A DNA stretch of 36,526 nucleotides from Basidioascus undulatus (Eukaryota): contig JTLS01000056.1 in the NCBI GenBank assembly GCA_000826855.1, positions 1-36,526 on the forward strand, in the 5' to 3' direction. The translations under genes and the position numbers were made by a program. The notes under the pieces are model-generated. The model worked only from the letters and a program-made list of their open reading frames with translations. It ran no database searches and was not told the DNA's origin. Each line of letters starts with the position of its first letter. Positions within the stretch are counted from its first letter, which is position 1. Below are positions 24,540 through 35,282 of this stretch, piece by piece.

Positions 24540-25260
24540 CTGAGACGGTATGTATTGAAAGTTACTGCAAGCAAGCATTCTCTCAGTCTTCCTGTACACT
24601 TTCTATGGAGCCCCGCTGACCACCCACATCCCCAAATTCACCCAGACATAACGCTGGTCGCCGGTTTAGAGGCTGAGCAGATGAAGTTTCGTCAATGATC
24701 TCCGGTCCGTTTCTAGTGAGTGTCAACTGACTCACTTGATGTACATCAGGAAAGAGTATTCCGAGAGCAGGACACTGCTGGCCTGGAGCGGGTCCGCGAA
24801 CCGTTCGAGGACATCTTCCGGCCCCGTACGCCAGCCTACCAAAACATGGAGACGTTTGGTTAGTTAAGGGAAGAGAAATAATTGGAGTATTAGACTGATC
24901 GCTCACCCTTAGTACGGATGGTGATGTATGCCGGCTGCGCATCAGAAGTCTGCAGCACGGTGGTCGAATGCACACGGCTGCCATTCTGATGCACATTCAC
25001 AAAGAGTCCTCCTAAGCATCCATGAAAATAAATAGCTCGAGCAAGACAGACGCACCTCAAACATCAGCTGACTGTCCTGTCCACCAGCAACGACAGTTCC
25101 GTTTCCCCAAGTAGCATTCCAGCTCCCGCCCTCCCCGAACGGCACTCAACGTCTCAGTCAGAGCAGGGTATTCCCCAAAACCACAGCCGGTTCGATTATG
25201 ATGGAGACAGATAAAAATGTACGGAGCGGGGATGGAGAGGTCCGGGCCAGCGTAGGGCAT
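24540..25260 (-). pseudogene. DUF3237 (UPF0311) family pseudogene
   Basis: Exon-ordered matches to the fungal family: EPAVVLGNTLL*LRR*VPF-GGSWNATWGNGTVVAGGQDSQL, VLQTSDAQPAYITIRTK|GWRTGPEDVLERFADP, L*TGDQRYVWVNLGMWVVSG, VTFNTYRL. Stops at 25160-25158, 25148-25146 and 24668-24666 (the last replaces the Glu of the ETGDxRY motif); frameshift after MPYAGPDLSIP. Confidence 0.8.
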
Positions 25261-25642
25261 GAATAAATTGCAGTGTTGCCGCTGGATGAGTGAGGAAAAC
25301 TCCACACTGTGCGTGGGACGAGACGCGCCGCACGACAACGAAGTTTCAGCCCCGCCCGTGGTAATTTTGAGAGAATTTCTTGCTGCACAGAAACGCTGCA
25401 TCTTTCCCTCATGGCCTCCGATCGTGTATGCTTCAAACTGCGCAGCAGCTCGTAAACATGCAGTCGGCGAGATGTCCTCTACTGCGTCAGCGTTGTTTCT
25501 TTACCAGCCATCATATACTGATATGAAATCCCGGATTCAAGAGCGCTCAGCCCAATTTCGAGCTTGGTGCTGCTAAATGCCATCGGGCAGGTGCAAGCTC
25601 ACGTCATCGCTGCACCCCAGTCTTCTGATCATCTCACGAGCA

Positions 25643-26938
25643 ATGAATAATCTGCCGGATGAGATCCTGAGCCAGACCTTTCGCCTTGCAGTGACTTCGA
25701 GCTCTACGCCCCCTACGAGGAACAAACCGATGAGTCGCCTTAGGCCGCTACGCTCATGCTTGTCTGCCGGCGATGGAAGGTGAGTAGAATCGAGTCATAT
25801 GGGTATTCGTGCCCAAGTGGCCTCAACTGGACATACGCAGCCTCTTGCTGCTCCACTCCTATACAACCTTATCGAGCTTGACTCTGACGACGTCGAGGCC
25901 TTTGTCAACGACCTCGTCCATCGCCACTTTGGCAAGTCGACGTCCTGCGAAGAGCTCATTATCACTCTTCGACGTCTCGAGCCCGAGGACTTTCCTCCCT
26001 ATTTTGCTTTCGACGTGAAGATGCTGTTCGCCGTTCAACTTCCTCGAGTGCCTCCACGCAGTCCACACTGTCGAAGAGCCGGTCGAGGCCGAGCCGGAGG
26101 GCCTTTTCCGTCCTCACTCGGTGGCGCCTTTGTTGCAGGATTCGTCGCTAGCCCTAGTGTCCAGCAGCTGCAGCATCTTTCCATTCGCACTCATTCTCCT
26201 GCGGGGATGCTCTTCTCCTGCCTGTCCCGTCTGCCTATCCTCGTGGAGCTCAGGCTGCAGTTGGCCCACGTCATTGAGAACGAGGATACCGTCAATGCCA
26301 GCCACCTTCCTCCTTCGTCAGGTCTGACGCTGCCTCGCTTGAAGTTCTTGCACATCCGCACAGTTTATCAGGAGGCGCATGCGGGCTTGGACGGGCATCT
26401 TTTGCAGTGTCTCGCAGCGGCCTGTCTGCCTTCCGCTTCGCGCTTTGGAACTCTACCTCCAAACAGTTCTCGAACGATGATGCCCTTGAGCGAACTCTCC
26501 ATGCTATCGGCAATTGCCTCCAGGAGCTCCGTCTATCCTCGCCACTGGCTTCCCCAAGCGCGCTCGGTGCTTTGTGCCCTTCGCTTGAGACGTACGCTCC
26601 ACACGTCTTCAATACATATTCCGGTACTATCCTCAGCCAACCTACCCTTGCCACGCTCGGGCTGCCCGATCCGATGTCTTTGGATCCTGCCAAGCTCAGG
26701 CTGCTGTTTGACTTTTTTGCGCCCTCAGCAAGAGCAACCTCACAGCTACCAGTCCGTCAAGGGGCGGGATATGTTCTTCCTCTGGCCAAGCGTCAAAGAT
26801 GGAACTGAGCACTTGGCACCACTCGGGCGAGAGGGGAGGGAACTCTCTTGCGCTGTCCGTCTTGCAGAGCTGCTGGCAAGGATAGGCATCGTTCTGGTTC
26901 ATCATGAGGGAAGGAGGATGAGCACCACGAAGGGTTGA
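25643..26938 (+). pseudogene. F-box/LRR-like gene, probably decaying (apparent compensating frameshifts)
   Basis: MNNLPDEILSQTFRLA / AATLMLVCRRWK|intron 25780-25840|PLAAPLLYNLIEL (F-box-like); LRR-like LQHLSI, LPILVELRL, LPRLKFLHI. Around 26440-26750 the more protein-like text (LQELRLS, LCPSLETY, PTLATLGL) is in a different frame from the long ORF. An intact spliced CDS (possible intron 25691-25743) cannot be excluded. Confidence 0.5.
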
Positions 26939-27788
26939 TGTCGATATCAACAGACCGGTACATGTGTTGGCCCGTGAGTTCATGAAAAGGTATTGTGCAT
27001 GTTGCAACAATAACGTGTGACTACCGTCGAGGTGCTATGGTCGACACAGTTTCGCGAGGCTTCATTGGAAACTATGAAACAGCTGTTTACAATCTGTCAA
27101 GACGTAGGATTCTGGTATTTAGGCATCGAAGCCAGTAAATATCAGTCCAGCGACATGAAGGGCATCTCGGCGCACCGGTAATTTGCCTCCTGGGTGCCAG
27201 CCATACTGTCTCGTTCAGTCCGACATGACTTTGCGGTGCCTTTTCGTCAAGCCCAGAATATAAGATATGGTTGGGATAGGTTATTCAAATTAGACTGAAG
27301 CATGCCTCCTCGGAGAACTGTGGGCTCGTTTTTTCGACAAGAAAGGAAGGTGATACGCGTCACGTTAGAATTAGCGAAGGACGTGAGCTGCGATAATTGC
27401 CCAGGCGCCTTTGCCGCTGGGTAGGAACAGAAAAGCCCTTCAGGGAAGCCAGTCCCCCACAGGGGTCTTGGCGGCCCTCAGAAAAGGAGCAACGCGATGC
27501 AGAGCGGCCGGAAATAGTCCACGTACTCGGTGATTTACTTGCCCAGGAGCTGCCGAAGCTGATAGATCGCGGAAGGGAAGAACGGGCGAGCTGAGTTCCA
27601 GCAAGGATGTCACGCCGGAAGTGCATTTGGGATGAGATACGCCGTTGTTGACGCGAATACGATCAAAGGGATGTGAGTGACTCGAAGAGGAGCCCGTAAG
27701 TTGAAGAAGCGGTCGCAGTCAGAGCCAAAGCGAACACCACGTCAATATAGGTTGCAGATCCGCAAAGCCATACGGCAAGATTAATCTC

Positions 27789-28614
27789 TCAGCGAATGGT
27801 CTGATGCATTTTGAACGCTTCGCTCGTGAAAGGCAAAACGTCGCTTGAGCGCTCTTCCCTCCTGTCGAACATTGCGACCCGCGATCTCTCCTGTCAGCCG
27901 AAGGCGAGCTCCGCGGGAATGAGAAGAATTTTGTAGACGCACTCTTTCGGCGCAAACACCATCATTCCCCGTACATGGGTATCCTTGCCGTTTAGGTGAT
28001 TCGCAAGGATAGCGACCTGCAGGATGTGCGCCTTCAACGGCCGTCTGCGCATTGGACATCCGTCCGCGTACTTGTAGGTCAGGCGCAATACCCACAAGCA
28101 TCAGAGCGAGGGCTTCTGAAATACTAACCCTTCCCCGTCCCCGGCCTCACCGTCCAGAGCAAAATGGCACCACCCTTTGGGTTGCTCGAGCTCAACGACG
28201 CGCACCTCTTGCAGGTCCGCGAAATGCGTGCCAGCGCGGAAGGAGATGCGTGAGGGAGTGTACGAGTCATCCAATGCGTGGTCGAGCAGAAGTGAGACTT
28301 GCTGTTTGTTAAAGGCGGAGTCAGCACCGTCGATCGTGGAAGGAGGAACCCGGCGAACAGACGAGGATGGACACTTTTCGGGGGAACTGGAGATTGATCA
28401 GATGTGGTTGGGGACCGTCGGATCTGCGAGGGAGGTCAGTGTGAGATCACGGGCTATGAGGAGCAGGTGGGGCGCACTGCCAAAGCGTCGCGGCGTCGCC
28501 GTCGCGGAGCGAGTCGACGCCAAAGCCCGCCTTGAAGGAGGACACGGTCCATGTTGCCAGAGCGCCAATGTCGGTCTGATTGAAGAAATCCGACATTGTC
28601 GACACGGCGGACAT
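27789..28614 (-). CDS. APC10: Anaphase-promoting complex subunit 10 (Doc1)
   Basis: Exons 28614-28478, 28423-28363, 28301-28129, 28044-27943, 27861-27789 give [87 protein letters not shown] and the diagnostic C-terminal IR tail (MHQTIR*). Confidence 0.95.
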
Positions 28615-29066
28615 TCTGCAGGTGAAGAACAGATAGTGCTACTGGTGAAAAGAGGTTGATGTGGTGATTGGAAGAGGAAGAGAAGCAAGACGCGTCGAGG
28701 TCGCGTCGCCAGGCGCCGTGAGCAGGTTCAAGGTTTCGTTGCCAAATAACGAAGGGCGCTTCCCTGGCTCTCTTCTCTGTAGGGTGCAAGGAACCACTAG
28801 AAAACTTCTTTACAATTAAGATTTACGTAAAATGCGGCCAGGTAAGCGAGGCTGCCGTTCAGGCTCTGACCTGAGCTTCCACCAACCGGGCAAAGTGCCG
28901 CTCGGAATCATAACGAGAACTATTGTCCGGGAGATCAAAGCTTATATCCTACAGCAGAGATCGAATAAGCGAGTAGCGTGGTGATGGTGAGGTGCGTAGA
29001 AGCTGTGACGTTGCCAACACCACGACACACGGCACATGCGCTGCGCAATCTATCTTCCCGATCCCC

Positions 29067-30648
29067 TTACAGATGCCCCCGCCCTACACCCTGCGCATCC
29101 GGCAATGGCTCCCCTATCCTGACCCGCACAGCATCCGCGTGTCCACGCAGACCCTCAGTTTCGGCGAGCGTGATGACCTTCGGGCCGAGGCGTTCGATAC
29201 CGGCCTTCGTAATGGTCTGGGCAGTGATGTGCTTCTGGAAGCTGAGCGTGTTGACGCCTGTAGTGTGGGGAAAGTAATGCGTCCGTCAGACCTGAAGATG
29301 TTGATATACATGTGAGGGAAACGGACCGCTGTATTGCCGCGCAAAGCCATTGGTGGGTAGCGTGTGGTTCGTTCCGGACGCGTAGTCGCCCAGACTGTGC
29401 GGACGGAGGCGTCAGAATCCGCAAATTGAAGCCCCACCCTTCGTTCATGACTCTTACCTGACCGGCGCGTAGTGCCCGACAAACACGCTCCCGGCATTCT
29501 CGATCGAGTCCAACGCCTCTTCCGCGTCCGCAAGCGCGAGGATGAGGTGCTCTGGAGCGTAGTCGTTTGAGAAACCGAATGCCTCCTGGCGCGTCGCGAC
29601 GCGAAGGATGAAGCTCTTCGGCAGCGACTGGCGCATGATGTCGGAGCGCGGCAGACGCCGCGCGACCATGTCGATCTCAGCCTCGATTTCGGCGAGGAGC
29701 TCGGGCGAGAGGCCGATGCCGACGAGGACGACTTGAGAGTCGACGCCGTGCTCGACTTGCGAAACGAGGTCGTGAGCGATCCAGGAAGGCGTGCAAGTCG
29801 AGTCGGCGATGACCTTGCGGTAGAATGGTCAGGCTAGATGTTAAGCGCAGAGTAGGGTTGGCTGAACACGCACGAGCAGCTCAGAAGGCCCAGCAGGCAT
29901 GTCGATCGACACGCACGCGTCTGCGTCGTTCTGCACCAGCATCTTCGCCGCCGTGATCCACTGGTTGCCGGGTCCGAAGATCTTGTCGACCTTCGGTACC
30001 GTCTCTGTCCCATAAGCGAGCGCCGCGACGGCTTGCGCACCGCCCGCCTTGAGGATCGCGGACGCGCCGACGAGCTGCGCGCAGTAGAGGACCTCGTCCG
30101 CGATCGAACCGTCCCCGTGCGGCGGGGTCGCGAGCACGATCTGCTTGCACCCTGCCACTTGCGCTGGTACGCCGAGCATGAGCGCCGTCGAGGGAAGGAT
30201 GGCCGTGCCGCCCGGAACGTACAGCCCCACGCGCTGGATTGGGCGCGCGTGCCGTGAGCAAGTCACGCCTGGCATGGTCTCGACGACGAGAGGCTTCGGG
30301 TCGGCCTGTGCGGCGTGGAAAGAGCGAATGTTGTTGTAGGCGACCTTGATGGCCCTGTTAATATTATTGAGTTCGAGCATTTTACATCGATGAATGGCAA
30401 TAGTTGGCGCACTCTTTCACCTCCGGCTTGAGTGCCTTTGGGAGAAAAGGGGGCAACAGCAACGTCTCCTCCAGCGCGGCTTTGTCAAACTTGGCCGCGA
30501 ACTCCCGGAGCGCAGCATCACCGCGAGTGCGTACGCCGTCGACAATCGGTTGGACGCGCTCGATCATCTCCCTCGAGTTGAGCACGGGCCGACGAAGAAG
30601 CGCATCACGCTCGGCGGTCGATAGAGACGAGAGTGAGTACGTCCGCAT
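29067..30648 (-). CDS. Histidinol dehydrogenase, apparently monofunctional (~443 aa; HisD domain only)
   Basis: Exons 30648-30413, 30354-29874, 29813-29458, 29394-29327, 29257-29067 (1332 nt, in frame). Motifs [77 protein letters not shown]. No HisI/HisE domains upstream. Confidence 0.93.
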
Positions 30649-30814
30649 GCGGACTCGAGCTGTGTTGATTGCGACATGTCCCTTCCGAAATGGGAAGCGA
30701 AGCTCGATAAGGTCAGTCTAGGCGAAAAGCGTAAGTCGAAGCGAAGAGGAAAAGAGGAAGAGGAAGAACCGGGATGAAGTCGAGACTGCCGTCGGAACAA
30801 AAAATGGGCTTGCT

Positions 30815-30832
30815 GACTGACTCGACTGACTC
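30815..30832. promoter_or_regulatory. Tandem GACTGACTC repeat giving two TGACTC (Gcn4/CpcA- or Bas1-type) motifs upstream of histidinol dehydrogenase
   Basis: GACTGACTC-GACTGACTC, about 170-185 bp upstream of the ATG; TGACTC is the core of general amino-acid control sites, classically found at yeast HIS4. Confidence 0.5.
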
Positions 30833-31306
30833 CTTTCCGTTTTTTTCATGGACAAGCCAAAGTCCAGGCCCATTGTTCTACTCAGCTGTATACTCTATTG
30901 TATATTCCGATGCGGTTCTCATTATCCACAACCTTGCGCCAACAACCTGCCGAGGAACGAAGGACGAAAGTCTGTGGGACGTAGTGATTGGGCGCTCACT
31001 CAGCCTGGTCTCCCTCCTACTTCTTCCTTCTGTGGTTCTCTTATAACAACATGAACATCAGTATTCTCGATGATTTCTCTCGATATGATCAGTATCTCTA
31101 TGCGATTAGACCAGTTTCAAGAGTACCTGCGTCTGGGCCTTCTTGTTCGTGGCCACATCTCGCTGGCGTGGGAAGTGCCTTTCTGGACTGTATGTGTGAA
31201 GTCCATTGTATCAGCAGCTCTAAAGGTCTCATTCAACCTTGAACGAATGAAGTGCCTAGGCCAATAGAGTGCGAAGGAAAAAGGGACGCAGTGGCAGTCT
31301 CAAATC

Positions 31307-31314
31307 TCACGTGA
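31307..31314. promoter_or_regulatory. Palindromic E-box TCACGTGA upstream of UTP25
   Basis: Exact 8-bp palindrome about 120 bp upstream of the UTP25 ATG; function inferred only. Confidence 0.35.
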
Positions 31315-31428
31315 AAGCCAGTCCTTTCGGTGTTTGCAAGATCTGCCTTCTACCGAAATCCCCAAAGTCGACCGAGTGCCTTCTCACTTGCCTCGCTCTC
31401 CCTTGATTTCCCATCTCAGCTCCTCAAT

Positions 31429-34020
31429 ATGTCGGATCCGACAGTCAAGCTTCTTACTCTCCTAAACGTTTCTGCCGCCAAGCCGCCTAACCCGAAGCGG
31501 CAGCGCCTAGTGCCGTCCAATCTGGAGGATGCGACGCCCACCAAGGCGCGCAAGCTCGGCGGGTTGAGGTCCAAGGCGAGGGAGGTGGAGCGTGAGGCCC
31601 GGGAGGCTGCGGTGGAGTCGGAGGGCGCATCGGGTAGGGGAGAGAGCAAGGATGACGAGACTGCGAGAGGGCCGGAGGAGAGCAAAGCGGAGGAGAAGCT
31701 GGAAGAGGAGGACAAGGACGATGGCACGTCTTCCTCACTTCTGCACCCCACGGAGTGCGCTTGACGAGCTTGAGTCCACAGATTCCCCCCAGGACGCGTT
31801 TACGGCCCATTTCGGACCTACTCCCTCACACCTTACCGCCGCCTCGACCGCTGCTTCCCTTACTCCTTCATCCTGGACATCTGCCTCGATCTCCTTGCCA
31901 GAGCTCGGCAAGGTCTCGCGCCTTACACTTCCGGATTCCCCTACTCCTCCGCTCTCCTCGACTGTGCGTTAACACCGGTACACCTGTGAAGCACTCGCTG
32001 ACAAGGGCGTTGCATGTGCAGATCGCTCCTAAACTCGCCGCATCGGCGGCCAGCTCGGCCCTGCACACCGCTTTGCTCAACATGTTGGGCTCGTACCAAG
32101 ATTTGCTATACACGCGCACCACCATTGATGATCATGAGACGTTGCGGGAAGCCTCGTGTCTTCACATCCATAATCACCTCCAGAAGTGCGTCTTGTCCTC
32201 GTCCTTCCAGTAAGACCTGGGTTCTGACTGCGTCCCCCTCCACCAGAACCCGCCGGCGCGTGCTCAAGAACAACGAGCGTCTCGCGCACGCCGCCTCCTC
32301 TTCCGCCGACACCCCTCCCGCGCTCGACCAAGGCTTCACGCGGCCCAAAGCGCTCATCCTCCTCCCCTTCCGCAACTCGGCCCTGCGCTGGCTGCAGACG
32401 TTCATGCGTCTCTCGCCGACGCAGCAGACCGAGCACAAGTCGCGGCTCCACAACGAGTACGGCCTGCCGCAGGGCACGGTCGACAAGCTCGTCAGCGCGC
32501 CGCGCGGGACGTACCCCGACGACCACGTCGACACGTTCGCGGGCAACATTGACGACAACTTCCGGATGGGAATCAAGGTCACGCGCAAGAGCTTGAAGCT
32601 CTTTTCCGAGTTCTACTCGAGCGACGTGATCGTCTCGAGCCCGCTCGGGCTGAAGATGCTCTTCGAGAAGGACAAGTGCGTCTGTTGCGGTCCCCGAGCG
32701 TATCTTCTCGATTTCGTGACTGACAGCCGGATGCGCAGGAACGCCGATTACCTCTCGTCCATCGAGATCCTCGCCATCGATCAGCTGGACGCGATCACCA
32801 TGCAAAATTGGGAGCACTTGCAGGTGCGTGCCCGAACAAGACAGCACTGCGGAATGCGTACTCACGCTGCCGGGCCGAGCAGGAGGTCTTCTCGTACCTC
32901 AACGTCCTGCCGAAGGACCCTCACGGCTGCGACTTCAGCCGTGTCAAGCCTTGGTACCTCGATAACAAGTGCGTCTTACCATTTGTCCAAACCTCGTTGC
33001 GCGCCTTATACTCATCTCTCACTCGATCGACAGAGCAAAGCACCTCCGCCAGACGCTCCTATTCTCTTCCTACGAGACGCCCGAGATCCGTGCGCTCTTC
33101 TCTCGTCAGCTCGTCAACGTCGCGGGCAAGATACGCACGGAAACGCGCTACGACGGGGTGCTTGCGGACGTGCCGAAGGGCATCAAGCAGGTGCGTTGGC
33201 GACCGCTCCCGTGGATGACGTTTACTTGCGAAGGTTGGCGCTGACTACTTCACCCTATGCAGACCTTCACCCGCTTCGAATGCTCAAGCTTGGTTGACGA
33301 GCCTGACGCACGGTTCAAGTACTTCACCGAGAAGGTGTGCCACCTCGTCAAGACCCATAGCTGGACGGACTTCCGCTGACCTCTGTCGGCGTAGACTCTT
33401 CCGTCTCTCCTGAAGTCAGCCGTCGCATCCTCCTCGACCATGATCTTTGTCCCGTCCTACTTCGACTACGTCCGCGTGCGGAACCACATGCGCAAGACGC
33501 CGGGTGTCGACTTTGTCGCTCTGAACGAGTGCGTGTCGTCTGGACTTTTTCTCCGATCAAAGCCCGCCGCTCACTCCTTTCCCATTGCATGTGCACTCAG
33601 GTACTCGACCAATCAGGACATCTCTCGCGCACGACAAGCATTCTTCGCCGGCAAGAAGCCCTTCTTGCTGCTTACCGAGCGCTTCCACTTCTTCCGTCGG
33701 TACGTTGTCCTTCCTTCTCCACCTCCCTTCTTCTCTGCCAATTGGCCCGCAAACGCTCACTCTTGACTTCCTGCAACAGCTACAAGATCCGCGGTTCGCT
33801 CACGCACGTCCTCTACGCACTCCCGGACCACGCGGACTACTACCCGGAGATCCTCTCCTTCCCCTTCGCGGATGCGGAAGCGGACGTGGACGAGGGCGAC
33901 GTCTCTGCGCGCGTGCTCTTTTCGCGCGCGGACTGGCTCAGGCTCGAGCGTGTCGTGGGGACCAAGGACGCGAAGGAGATGGTCAAGGAGGGCGGCGAGG
34001 AGAGGTTCACTTTCGTTTGA
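31429..34020 (+). CDS. UTP25: U3 snoRNA-associated protein 25 (Def family), SSU processome
   Basis: Multi-exon; motifs YQDLLY, LHIHNHL.KTRRRVLKNNERL, DQGFTRPKALILLPFRN, TFAGNIDDNFRMGIKVTRK, FYSSDVIVSSPLGL, DYLSSIE, MQNWEH, HGCDFSRVKPWYLD, IFVPSYFDYVRVRN, ISRARQAF, LLTERFHFFRRYKIRG; stop TGA 34018-34020. Confidence 0.95.
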
Positions 34021-34422
34021 GGCGGTGGGAGGATCGAGGCGGATTGCGGGACTTGCATTGCATCGTCTTCTTTGCTATTTGCCGGTGTGCTTACGGCGTG
34101 CTCCCTGCTCCCAGCAAAGACGGGCGTGGACACTGCTTCTCAACACTCAACTTATGGTCGTGCTACTTCTGTTTGTGCAATGCGAGGACAGAGGGCAGGA
34201 TGGCGCATGAGCGTCGTGAAGATTGACAAGGCTGAGCTTTGCCTCCTGTCACGAACTCGCGAAGTGTCGGGTTAAATTTGCAGACACTGTGAGACGGAAG
34301 ACTTCTCCCAGTATGGGAGCATCTCACACAAGTCTATACGCCCTTTAAGAGCGCTCGAACCCGCATAACCACAAAGCACACCTCGACGTGGTACGAAAGG
34401 TGCTGTCTGCAACACGTGCTCC

Positions 34423-35282
34423 TCATCCAATCTCCTCAATCCCCGTCCTCCTCCGATTCCTTTCTCCGCCCGGCAGGTCCACCTCCATCTTGTCCTCGCC
34501 ATTCCCGCCCTCGCCGCTGCTATCCGAAACCGAGTCCGAGTCGTTGTCGTCCCCTTCCGACGAATCGTCGGAAGACGAAGAAGACGAAGACGTCTCAGTC
34601 TGTTTTCTTCGCTCTTCGAAGACGCCGAGCCCGAGGTCCTGCACCGCTTGGCCTCCGTCAGTACGCCGCAGCGAACGAGCAGACGAAGAAGACGCACCAT
34701 CGAGATGTAGGCTTTCTCCTCACGGCCGTCGACTGCCTCCTCCGACTCCTCCCCATCATCGTCTTCCTCTTCGGCATCCCCCTCTTTCAGCTCAATCTCC
34801 ACCGCCTCCTTCCCCTCCACCTCCATCCTCCGCCGCAGCGCCTCGTTCGCCTCCTGCATCTGCGGCAGGAAGCTTTGCACTCGCGAAAGCACTGTTTCCC
34901 CCAGCCAACATATCAGTCCCGCTCACTCCCATGCCTCCATCCTCGAAGCTTAGACCCATAGCGGAAATTCTCACCCGAAGAAGGCGGCGGCCCCATCTGC
35001 GCCGCCTGCGCTCTCAGCTCCTCCAGACTCCTCGGCGCCGCCTTCGCGCCCATCCCATGCCCCGCGCCCAAAGCGTCCAGTCCTCCCCGACTGGACGCCG
35101 CCCGCATAGACTCGGACTCGCGAGCGAGGTTCTGGAGCAGGTTGCCTGGTGCCAAAACAAAGTCAGCGCGCGAGGGCGCAAGGTGCGGAGGGAGAAGACG
35201 CACCGATGCGCTGCTCGCGGGACGTGTCGGGCACATCGAGCTTTTCGTTTGCGCTCGAAGAGCGCTTGCTGCTGGATGGCAT
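34423..35282 (-). CDS. DUF4598 / NOPCHAP1-like acidic protein (putative box C/D snoRNP assembly factor)
   Basis: Exons 35282-35204, 35145-34975, 34891-34698, 34638-34423; motifs VLSRVQSFLPQMQEANEAL, acidic spacer, YISM|DLGLGVFE, Ser/Asp-rich tract, C-terminal IEEI. Confidence 0.7.

Noticed and set aside
29067..29085. C-terminal GHL of histidinol dehydrogenase as a PTS1
   Set aside because: Weak match to the PTS1 consensus; insufficient support.
29390..29470. PVSLGDY instead of the usual PESxGDY in histidinol dehydrogenase as a sign of inactivation
   Set aside because: Val at this position occurs in other HisD enzymes to my recollection, and the Zn ligands and the Glu-His catalytic pair are intact.
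17921..30648. ADE5,7, histidinol dehydrogenase and AKR as a purine/histidine metabolic gene cluster
   Set aside because: Separated by unrelated genes (APC10, pseudogenes); no further pathway genes, transporter or regulator nearby.
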